Shown: one piece after another, positions 17,406 to 25,235 of the stretch
How the letters are laid out: the number at the start of each line of letters is the position of its first letter
How positions within the stretch are numbered: position 1 is the first letter of the stretch
Assembly: GCA_035546035.1 (NCBI GenBank)
Contig: DASZXC010000008.1
Coordinates: forward strand, 252,265 to 316,264
Origin: Minisyncoccota bacterium
GTDB taxonomy: Bacteria > Patescibacteriota > Minisyncoccia > Phycocordibacterales > UBA6065
Direction: 5' to 3'
Length of the DNA stretch: 64,000 nt
The notes under the pieces: model-generated
What the model saw: the letters and a program-made list of their open reading frames with translations, nothing else
Told to the model about the DNA's origin: nothing
The model's database searches: none
Position numbers and translations under genes: made by a program

Positions 17406-17799
17406 ATGTTTTGAAGTTATCGAGTATGGCCTGCCAGCCCGCGCGCTGGAAATCGGCAGGGTGGACGTTCTCGGGATCGAACGTCTCGATGACGCGGACG
17501 CCGTCTGCCGTCGACTCGAACGATAGCGACACGGCGCGTCCGTCGTCTATGGTGTAGGCGATGGCCTTCTCCGTTTCGACGACGCTGTATATGCCGCCGA
17601 AATCGAACGATGCCGATCCGTCCTTGGCCGCCATGGTCGTGACGAACCTGCCGCCGACGCGCAGGTCGTTCGTCGCGGCAGGGCACATCCAGTCCTTCGA
17701 CGCGAATGCCCAGTTCTTGATGTGTTCAGGCTTGTTCCAAGCGTCCCACACGGTCTTTGGATCGGCTTTGACGATCGTTTGTACGGTTATTTTTTCCAT
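17371..17799 (-). CDS. SRPBCC/AHSA1 family protein
   Basis: VWDAWNKPEHI, DLRVGGRF, GWQAILDNF. Confidence 0.9.
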   Translation of the reverse strand: MEKITVQTIVKADPKTVWDAWNKPEHIKNWAFASKDWMCPAATNDLRVGGRFVTTMAAKDGSASFDFGGIYSVVETEKAIAYTIDDGRAVSLSFESTADGVRVIETFDPENVHPADFQRAGWQAILDNFKTYAENLSVSVVR

Positions 17800-18337
17800 A
17801 TGCGTCTATAGTATCACGGACGAAGTCCTTGATGTCGCCGGCACGCTCGCGAATGATGATAGAGAGCCATGCAGTATATCTTTCCGGGTCATTCGAGACG
17901 TCGCGGACGAGGTCGTCCAAGCCTATCCACCGATAATCGGACGCTTCTTCAGGATGAAGGCGGGGAGCGTCGTCCGAGACGCCGAAAAAGACATGGTCGA
18001 ATTCGTGTTCGGTAAGGCCACGGTCGAGCCTTACCTTATATACGAATGAAAACGCTTCTTGGAGGCGGCAATCTATGCCCATCTCTTCCCGAAGGCGCCG
18101 ATGGATGGCGGTTTCGATATCCTCGTCCTGACGCGGATGGCTGCAGCACGTATTCGTCCAAAGCCCGCCGGAATGATATTTGGCCGGGTGCCGTTTCTGT
18201 AGCAGGATATCGCCCTTGGAGTTGAATACGAATATCGAAAACGCTTCGTGAAGGCTGCCGATCTGGTGCGCTCGCAGTTTTCCGATGCCGCCGATCCTCG
18301 CGCCCGTGCCGTCTACGAGGTTGATAGTCTCTTCCAC
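17726..18337 (-). CDS. idi: Isopentenyl-diphosphate delta-isomerase, type 1
   Basis: K.AH..G.LH.AFSIF, LLQKR..KYHSGGLWTNTCCSHP, LTEHEFDHVF, YTAW. Confidence 0.93.
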   Translation of the reverse strand: MEETINLVDGTGARIGGIGKLRAHQIGSLHEAFSIFVFNSKGDILLQKRHPAKYHSGGLWTNTCCSHPRQDEDIETAIHRRLREEMGIDCRLQEAFSFVYKVRLDRGLTEHEFDHVFFGVSDDAPRLHPEEASDYRWIGLDDLVRDVSNDPERYTAWLSIIIRERAGDIKDFVRDTIDAYGKNNRTNDRQSRSKDRVGRLEQA

Positions 18338-18338
18338 G

Positions 18339-18722
18339 CTATATGCTCCTCATCATCCTCATCGGGTCCGGATGGGTCTTCGATACGGCGACCAGCGCGA
18401 TGACAATGATGCCCGAAACGAGGTGCGGCATCCATGCGTTCATCGGTCCGGTCGAGAATCCGAATATCCAGGGCGATGCGGCTAGGACTACCGCCGCTAT
18501 GAAATCGAAGAGCAAGTGGACGGGCATCGGGATGATCTTTGCGACGCTCCATTCATAGTTCGTGAGGAGCGAATATATGATGAGGCCGACGCCGAGCGTT
18601 CGCGGGATCACGACCGCCGGGCCTCCCATGCCGGAGAACATGAATATGTTAGGGGCGAGGATAAGGGCGATGCCTGCCACGTAATCGAGGATACCGTGGA
18701 ACCAAGTGGGGACGAATTTCAT
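18339..18722 (-). CDS. SPW-repeat membrane protein
   Basis: HGILDY, YSLLTNYE, ASPWIFGF. Its stop is 1 nt from the idi start, implying an operon. Confidence 0.85.
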   Translation of the reverse strand: MKFVPTWFHGILDYVAGIALILAPNIFMFSGMGGPAVVIPRTLGVGLIIYSLLTNYEWSVAKIIPMPVHLLFDFIAAVVLAASPWIFGFSTGPMNAWMPHLVSGIIVIALVAVSKTHPDPMRMMRSI

Positions 18723-18766
18723 TGATATAAAATCGATGCTTATAAGGGCCGGAGGGCCGAGATAAG

Positions 18767-18808
18767 TGTAGGGAAGGTGGGGTAAAGAAAGGGTGAAGAA
18801 GTCGTAAA
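18767..18808 (-). promoter_or_regulatory. 11-bp-period direct repeats, putative response-regulator box
   Basis: Minus strand TTACGACTTCT|TCACCCTTTCT|TTACCCCACCT; 18783-18800 matches 25211-25228 at 17 of 18 nt. Confidence 0.6.
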
Positions 18809-18817
18809 ATCTTCCTC

Positions 18818-19051
18818 CTACTTGATCATGTGCCTGTATTCTCGCGCGAATTTTCTTACCAGCCTTATTTTATACCACTGCCAGGGAGTAAGATGCCGTC
18901 GCCAGTGTCGTGAGAGATATTCTGCCTGATTGCAAGAGGCGCAGGCGTAGATGAACATCGATTCCGGTTCGTACTGGAGATGATATTTTACTTTCTTATT
19001 ATTGTCGCTGTAAGGGCGACGGCAAATCGGGCAGATTTCTATATCGCTCAT
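18818..19051 (-). CDS. Small CxxC...H...CxxC protein (HNH/zinc-finger-like)
   Basis: CPIC..YHLQY..CASCN; TAAAAT lies 6 nt before the ATG. Confidence 0.6.
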   Translation of the reverse strand: MSDIEICPICRRPYSDNNKKVKYHLQYEPESMFIYACASCNQAEYLSRHWRRHLTPWQWYKIRLVRKFAREYRHMIK

Positions 19052-19082
19052 AGGCGTATTTTAACAAAATCTATTTTTCGTG

Positions 19083-19153
19083 TTGCCGGACTTGGAATCG
19101 AACCAAAATTTTCGCTTTCAGAGAGCGACGTCCTGCCTTTAGACGATCCGGCA
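19083..19153 (-). tRNA. tRNA-Gln(CTG)
   Basis: Acceptor TGCCGGA/TCCGGCA, anticodon loop CTCTGAA, T loop TTCGATT. Confidence 0.92.
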
Positions 19154-19271
19154 ATATTATTGCGGCCCGCGCCGCGATGCTTTAAGAAATTAGCATATTT
19201 CATGGAAAAAATGAAATAGGCGGCTCATCCGTAGTATCATAGGTAGGTCCGACTATTAGATTAAACATATT

Positions 19272-19490
19272 ATGTACCTATACTATCCTACGTTCGGCTT
19301 CTTCAACGTCCTTAATACCGTCTTCTGGATCATATTCGTTATATTCATCATCAAGCTCATTAAACGAGGCAGTAGGCCGTGGAATAACGTCTGGAGCGAT
19401 CGTTCTATGGATATCCTCCGCGAACGGTACGCTAAGGGCGAGATCAGCAAGGAAGAATTCGAGGCGCGAAAGAAAGACCTTCAGGGCTAG
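19272..19490 (+). CDS. SHOCT domain membrane protein
   Basis: TM plus ILRERYAKGEISKEEFEARKKDL. Confidence 0.9.
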   Translation: MYLYYPTFGFFNVLNTVFWIIFVIFIIKLIKRGSRPWNNVWSDRSMDILRERYAKGEISKEEFEARKKDLQG

Positions 19491-20005
19491 CGGTTCTCGA
19501 CGCTCTTTCGGAGCGATTGTATTTCGAGCGATAGGCTGACCCCGACGGCCGCGACGGCTGCCAGGAGCACGCCCGCATAGAACACGAGCCAGTTGAAATC
19601 AGATTCGACGTCAAAGCTCGCCGAAGCCTTGGCATCCGTCACCTGGGCATTCGAGACCCGCACCTCGATCGCGTGCCTCCCGGCCTTGGCTTTCTCCGGA
19701 ACGATGACGAAGTCAACGAACGACGCCTGGGTCTCGATCGCTTTGACGAACTCCGCATCGGCGATAGGCTTTCCGTCTTCGAGCACGCGGTACGATATCT
19801 GGAAATCGCGGCGCATGTCGTTTTCCGGGAACAGCGCCTCTATCTGGAAGTAAAGGCGCTCTCCGGCATGGACCGACGCATATTTTTCAGGGACATAGAC
19901 GGTGACCGACGCCGCGCGCGCCTTATCTGCGCCCAACGCCGCGCCGAAGACGGCGAATATCGCCGCGAGAAGAGCCGCCCTGATGATTGTCTTAGTCGTT
20001 TTCAT
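19487..20005 (-). CDS. Exported Ig-like protein with a C-terminal membrane anchor
   Basis: Signal peptide, beta-rich domain sharing an ETQ motif with 20989-22188, C-terminal TM. Confidence 0.75.
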   Translation of the reverse strand: MKTTKTIIRAALLAAIFAVFGAALGADKARAASVTVYVPEKYASVHAGERLYFQIEALFPENDMRRDFQISYRVLEDGKPIADAEFVKAIETQASFVDFVIVPEKAKAGRHAIEVRVSNAQVTDAKASASFDVESDFNWLVFYAGVLLAAVAAVGVSLSLEIQSLRKSVENR

Positions 20006-21002
20006 GCTTGATTCGGAAGACCATACTACCAATTACGGCTATAAGCGTTAGAGATGTTGCAAGGGCGAATCCATAGAGGATCATGAGCCGCGTCTCCCAG
20101 TGGAAGAGGTCGCGCTCGTCCGACGCGCTCGCGAGCACCCAGTAATTGTCGGCTTCAGGCCCCTGGCGAACGCCGGGAAGGACGATGTGGCGGTACGAGA
20201 ATACCCGTCCTTCTTCGGTGAAATTGCCCGCCGCCTCGTCTGAAAAGAGCCCTTTTACGACTGCTTCGGGGTAGAGCTCGGGAAGATACGACGACAGTTC
20301 CTTTCCGTTCTTCGATGCCAGGAATTTGCCGTCATGGTCGGCGAGGAATACCACTTCGTTTACGCGTTCGGCTCCGCGGATTTCGTCCAGGACGTATTTG
20401 AGGTCGAGCGTGAGCGCCAGGTATCCGTGCACGATGCCGTCGTATTCGACGGGAGCCATGATGTGGATGAAGGGCGTCCTGGTGCCGTCGGGGAACGTGT
20501 AGTCGAGGAGTCCCGATATCTGTATGTCGGTGCTGCTCGATGACCGCAGGTCGTCGAGGAGGTTCCTGAATTGCGGCTCTTCGTCTATGAACGATGCGAT
20601 AGAGTCGCTGGCCTCTGAATAGTCGTCGGCGACGAATCGGAAAGACTGGCCTTTGATAGGTTCGTAATAGACGTGGCAGTATTCGCGGTGAGAGGCGACG
20701 AAGGCTTTGAGGCGCTTTTCGAACGTAGCCTTGCTCACGGGCGATGCCGACGCATGGGCGGCGATGAGATCGGACATCCAGGCTACTTCGTCCCGCGCGT
20801 CTATGGCGAACCGTTCGAGCGACCGGGACAGGGAATCGAGCCTGTCTCCGGCGGTGTCGAGCGTCGCCGCGCGGGTCAGGCTGGCCGCCTGTTCGTACGC
20901 CAGGTACGCATGCAATGAAATAGAGCATGCGAGGACTATGAGGAGCGACAAAGCGATCCTTTTCGACGCATGGCTGTTAAAGATCCTTTTACCAGTTTTC
21001 AT
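19992..21002 (-). CDS. Cache-like extracellular sensor protein with no cytoplasmic output domain
   Basis: TM, then PFIHIMAPV..GYLALTLDL..VFLADHDGKFLA..YWVL, then TM and a tail of about 7 aa. Confidence 0.7.
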   Translation of the reverse strand: MKTGKRIFNSHASKRIALSLLIVLACSISLHAYLAYEQAASLTRAATLDTAGDRLDSLSRSLERFAIDARDEVAWMSDLIAAHASASPVSKATFEKRLKAFVASHREYCHVYYEPIKGQSFRFVADDYSEASDSIASFIDEEPQFRNLLDDLRSSSSTDIQISGLLDYTFPDGTRTPFIHIMAPVEYDGIVHGYLALTLDLKYVLDEIRGAERVNEVVFLADHDGKFLASKNGKELSSYLPELYPEAVVKGLFSDEAAGNFTEEGRVFSYRHIVLPGVRQGPEADNYWVLASASDERDLFHWETRLMILYGFALATSLTLIAVIGSMVFRIKHEND

Positions 21003-22188
21003 ACTTTTTCTTTTGATTTCTCCTCTTTACGGCCGCTAGTCCGTAATAGCGGTGGATGAACCAGGTAATAGCCGATATGATGGCCGCGATAAGCAGATAC
21101 CAGGGCAGTCTGCATCCGAACCACGCGAGAATGGCGACATGATCGACGAGCCATTCGAACGGCCACCAGAGGCCGCACATCATTCCCGTGCCGACGACGT
21201 TGAATCGCGCGTTCAGGGTCTCTCGCGAGCTCGTGCCGTACGTCACGTCGAGCGTGAGCCAGTACGATCCCGGTTCGAGGCCGAGCTCCGTCATGCGCTT
21301 GTTATAGACGATCTGGGTTTCGACGGACGTCGTTGCGGTCTCGGTGCGGCGGGTCGCGCCCGACTCGTCCTTGATGGAGAAGAGCATCGTCGCCGGAGTG
21401 CGGTCCGTGCCGAAATTGGTGAACGTGACGCGCGAGACGAGGTCGTCGCCGACGTCTATATGGTCGGGATCGATCGCGAGCGTGATGTCGAAGAGGAAGC
21501 GGGGAATAGATGCCGCCGTCGGTTCGCCGATCCCGCGCTTTGCCAGCACCGTCGCGGCCGCGAGCGCTTCAGGCGGAGCCGCCGTCGGAAGGATGATCGT
21601 CGTAGGCGCTGCGAGCACGCCTGATGACAGGCCCGGATTCGACGGATTATTCTGGGGAGCGTTTTGCAGGTTAGGGACGTCGCTTTTCGTGCCTGTTCCG
21701 CCGCCTCCGCCAGTCGGCGTTGTCGGTGGCGTCGCCGGAGGCGTAGCGGCAGGTTGCCAGTATGTTTTGACCTTGAAATCAGATGAGCCGCACGACGAAG
21801 TGTTGTCGCAGTTAAGGCTGATCTGCCCGGTAACGCTCGAATTTGCGTATCCGTGAAAGAATCCCTGCGAGTCTATCGTCGCGTTGGAAAAGTCTATGTA
21901 GCCGGAGCTCTCGCCCCAGGCATATCCCGACAGGTCCCCGTGAGCGTCGTTCGCGACATATGTCGACCCTGTCGGCGCGAGGCTTATCCAGCCCAGATTC
22001 TCGCTCCAGACATATCCGGTGAGCTTGGAATCCGTCACTTGGGCATTGCCCTCGTTCGTCCCGAAATTGAGCCAGCCCGCTTTTTCGCTCCATGCGTACG
22101 GATATGACGGATCTATTCCTCCGCCCGCGGCAAATGCGAATGCAGGGAAGAGAAGGGCTAGGAAGAGCGCGATGCGGAGAGTTTTCAT
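20989..22188 (-). CDS. Surface protein with GYAWSE/GW repeats, Ig-like domain and C-terminal anchor
   Basis: YAWSEKAGWL, GYVWSENLGWI and GYAWGESSGYI repeats, Pro/Thr linker, TM. Confidence 0.85.
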   Translation of the reverse strand: MKTLRIALFLALLFPAFAFAAGGGIDPSYPYAWSEKAGWLNFGTNEGNAQVTDSKLTGYVWSENLGWISLAPTGSTYVANDAHGDLSGYAWGESSGYIDFSNATIDSQGFFHGYANSSVTGQISLNCDNTSSCGSSDFKVKTYWQPAATPPATPPTTPTGGGGGTGTKSDVPNLQNAPQNNPSNPGLSSGVLAAPTTIILPTAAPPEALAAATVLAKRGIGEPTAASIPRFLFDITLAIDPDHIDVGDDLVSRVTFTNFGTDRTPATMLFSIKDESGATRRTETATTSVETQIVYNKRMTELGLEPGSYWLTLDVTYGTSSRETLNARFNVVGTGMMCGLWWPFEWLVDHVAILAWFGCRLPWYLLIAAIISAITWFIHRYYGLAAVKRRNQKKKYENW

Positions 22189-22189
22189 G

Positions 22190-25150
22190 TTATTGGACCA
22201 CGATGTAATTCCATTTATACGTTGCGGCGCCGCTGATGGTCACGCCAAGGCCGGTCACCGTAAAGCCTGTCGTGTTCGAGTTCACGTACAGGTTCAGGGC
22301 CGTAAGGCCGAGAGGGAGCTGTGCGGCGGCCGAGCTCGCCGGCGTAAGGACGACGAACGGCGCCGTGCCATAGGGCGTAGCGAATGTCAGCGTGACGAGC
22401 GCCCCCAATCCCAGGACGCCTCCTGAACCCAGCGTGAACGTGATCTCGCCCGCTGTGTCCGTGCCGCGCACCACGACGGAACCTCCGGAGCCAAGGGTGA
22501 GGGCCGCGCCTGCTGACGCGCTCGGCGTTCCGCCCTGGCCTTTGAGGTGGACGACCGATGCCGTGCCGCCGACGGAGAGCAGATCGTTCGGCGTGGACGA
22601 TCCTACGCCGACCTTGCCCGCGCTCGAGATAGTCATGGTCGAAGTGCCCGAGACGGTACTGCCATTCATGGCGTAATATGCCATCTGTCCGGCGAGGCCC
22701 GGAGAGACGACCGTCGATGACGCTAGGCCAAGCGACGACGTCGCGACCCATGCTGGCGATCCGCCGACGAGGGAGAGTATCGAACCGTTCGTCGTCGCGG
22801 AAAGTCTTGAAAGAGTCCCTGCGCCCGATGCATAGAGGATGTCGCCGACCGAATACGTCGTCTGTCCCGTGCCGCCGTGGCCCGCGTCTACGGCCGTACC
22901 GTTCCATATTCCCGCCGTTATGGTGCCCAGGGTCGTTATGGACGTCTGGCCGACATATGTCGGCGCGATATCCACTGACGGATTGCCCGATACGCCGTCG
23001 CCGTTCGTCAAGGTGATGCGGTTCGATGTGCCCTGGATCGTGCGCGCGGCATATGTGCCTGCGCCCGTGCGGACCAGCATTCCCGCCGTTCCTACGGCGC
23101 CGAGATTATCGAGGGCCGCGCCGTTGGCGACGCCGTATCCGGCGAGCGATGTCGGCGTTCCGGTAATTGATGACCACGTCGTCGAAGCATTAACGGTGAA
23201 AAGGGTCGAAGTCGCCACGGATACCCATGCCGATCCGTTCCAGGACAATATGTTTCCCGACGTTCCGCCCGCGGCATGGGCGATCGTTGACGAGCCGCTA
23301 ATGTACGACGCTACCTGGCTGTTGCTATAGAATTTATTATTCCCTTCGGTGATATCATCGGTGGTGATGCCGGTGAAATTGGCGTTCAGCGTGTTCCCCG
23401 ACCATGACAAGTGCGTGCCGGCCGTTATGCGCGCCGATGGGGATTGATAGAACGACGCCCATTCGGTCGTCGAAGCGACCAAAGGTATGGTGCGGCCCGA
23501 TGCGACCGATATGGTGTCGCCCGTGCGTGCGAGAGGGAATGAAAACAAGAGTGGCGATTCATACGTTCCTCCCGCGGCGAAAAGCGACGACGTCGCGACT
23601 GAAACCCATGCTGTGCCGTTCCAGGATAGGAGATTGCCCGAAGTCCCTCCCGCCGCGTGAGCTATTGTCGAAGAGCTGTTTATATATGTAGCGACTTGGC
23701 CGTTGCTGAAATATTTATTGGTGCCCTCGGGTATATCATCCGTCGTAATGCCTATGAAGCTTGCATTCAACGTGTTGCCGCTCCAAGACAGATGAGTTCC
23801 GGCGGTGATTCGTGATGACGGATTCTGAAGGAAGACATTCCATTCAGACGTTGAAGCCTGAAGCGGAATCGTATATCCCGCCGCAAGCGCGACAGAATTA
23901 GCTGAACGCGAAAGAGGAAACGAGAACGACAGAGGCAGTTCATAGTCAGTGCCCGATTGTGCCGCAGAGACGTTTCCCGATCCGTCGGCTTTGATGATCC
24001 CCGATACGGCGCCCAGATCCGCGCCGCCGCTATTCGATATATTAAGCGACGACGTCGCGACCCATGCAGGCGATCCGCTCACTATGGAAAGGATTTGGCC
24101 ATTCGAGCCTCCTGACGACAATCCGGTACCGCCGTGCGCGATGCCCAGAACCCCTGTCATGTGGCTTATGTCCAGAGCGCTTTCATCGACGGAGAACGTC
24201 GTCCCTGCGAGGTTCAATCCCGAACCCGCAGAATAAGCGATGCCTCCGCCCGTGACGCCGAGGGATGAAGTGGCGATCCATGTCGGCGCGCCCGCGACGA
24301 CAGACAGCACTTGGCCGTTCGATCCGACAGATGAAAGTCCGGTACCTCCATGCGCCGTCCCGAGGACGCCCGTCATATTGGCGATATTGAGAGCGCTTTC
24401 ATTTACCGAAAACGTCGTGCCGACGAGGCTCAGACCCGAACCTGCGGAATATACCGTGCCGCTGCTCGATACGCCCAGCGTCGTCGTCGAAACCCAGGTC
24501 GGCGCGCCGGATACGATTTTCAGGACCTCGCCTTCGTTTCCGTTTGGGAACGATGCGACTGTCGTCGGACCCGATGCATAGAGGAGCGCATTCGACGCGA
24601 ACGAAGTCTGTCCTGTGCCGCCTTTCGCGACGGGAAGGACTCCGCCTATGAGCGACAGGTCGAGCTGCGATTGATTGACCGAGAATACCGAGCCGACCAG
24701 CGTCAGTCCGGTTCCCGCGCTGTAAGTATTGGTCGTCGAGCCGGTCGTCGAAGCGAATGCCGTCGGATCGAGCCACATCGGTACGCCGCCCGATATGGTG
24801 AGCACCTGTCCGTCAGTGCCGACATGGAGCGCTGAAAGCGTATTGGCTGACGATGCGTAGATCACGTCGCCCGACGCATATGAATTGAGGCCGGTTCCGC
24901 CTTGGCCCGCAGAGAGAGGCGTCGTCAGGCCGGAAAGGGACGTAATATCGCCGTTCGCGGCCTTGGCGGCGTAATTGAATTGGACCGTGCAGTTGGTCGT
25001 GCTCGGAAGGCAATTCGGCGTCAGCGTTTCGGCCGGATTGTACGCGCTTCCCGGCGGAGCAGCGAGGGCGGCAAGCTGGCTTCCTCCGAACGAAGCGATT
25101 CCAAGCGCGAAAACATAAAGCCCCGCGCGCACGAATGTCCTGATTCTCAT
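22190..25150 (-). CDS. 986-aa secreted repetitive fibre/adhesin-like protein
   Basis: Signal peptide; repeated xxGGTG, YSAGSGL and GQVLS...P.W units; a tandem duplicated block of about 125 aa. Confidence 0.8.
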   Translation of the reverse strand: MRIRTFVRAGLYVFALGIASFGGSQLAALAAPPGSAYNPAETLTPNCLPSTTNCTVQFNYAAKAANGDITSLSGLTTPLSAGQGGTGLNSYASGDVIYASSANTLSALHVGTDGQVLTISGGVPMWLDPTAFASTTGSTTNTYSAGTGLTLVGSVFSVNQSQLDLSLIGGVLPVAKGGTGQTSFASNALLYASGPTTVASFPNGNEGEVLKIVSGAPTWVSTTTLGVSSSGTVYSAGSGLSLVGTTFSVNESALNIANMTGVLGTAHGGTGLSSVGSNGQVLSVVAGAPTWIATSSLGVTGGGIAYSAGSGLNLAGTTFSVDESALDISHMTGVLGIAHGGTGLSSGGSNGQILSIVSGSPAWVATSSLNISNSGGADLGAVSGIIKADGSGNVSAAQSGTDYELPLSFSFPLSRSANSVALAAGYTIPLQASTSEWNVFLQNPSSRITAGTHLSWSGNTLNASFIGITTDDIPEGTNKYFSNGQVATYINSSSTIAHAAGGTSGNLLSWNGTAWVSVATSSLFAAGGTYESPLLFSFPLARTGDTISVASGRTIPLVASTTEWASFYQSPSARITAGTHLSWSGNTLNANFTGITTDDITEGNNKFYSNSQVASYISGSSTIAHAAGGTSGNILSWNGSAWVSVATSTLFTVNASTTWSSITGTPTSLAGYGVANGAALDNLGAVGTAGMLVRTGAGTYAARTIQGTSNRITLTNGDGVSGNPSVDIAPTYVGQTSITTLGTITAGIWNGTAVDAGHGGTGQTTYSVGDILYASGAGTLSRLSATTNGSILSLVGGSPAWVATSSLGLASSTVVSPGLAGQMAYYAMNGSTVSGTSTMTISSAGKVGVGSSTPNDLLSVGGTASVVHLKGQGGTPSASAGAALTLGSGGSVVVRGTDTAGEITFTLGSGGVLGLGALVTLTFATPYGTAPFVVLTPASSAAAQLPLGLTALNLYVNSNTTGFTVTGLGVTISGAATYKWNYIVVQ

Positions 25151-25196
25151 GCGATCAATTAATGCTAGGTATTACGAAAGCATTGTGCGTATGACG

Positions 25197-25235
25197 GCGT
25201 AAAGGAAAGATAAAGAAAGGGTCAAGAAAAAGTCA
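25197..25235 (-). promoter_or_regulatory. 11-bp-period direct repeats, putative response-regulator box
   Basis: Minus strand TGACTTTTTCT|TGACCCTTTCT|TTATCTTTCCT|TTAC. The 16-mer at 25220-25235 is identical to 28859-28874. Confidence 0.7.

Noticed and set aside
17726-17799. Gene overlaps idi/SRPBCC and kinase/prenyltransferase as frameshift fusions
   Set aside because: Each downstream gene has its own start signal and complete domains, and the overlaps are short non-conserved tails.
22190-25150. Fibre-like gene as evidence of a prophage
   Set aside because: It has a signal peptide, and no capsid, terminase, portal or integrase genes are nearby.
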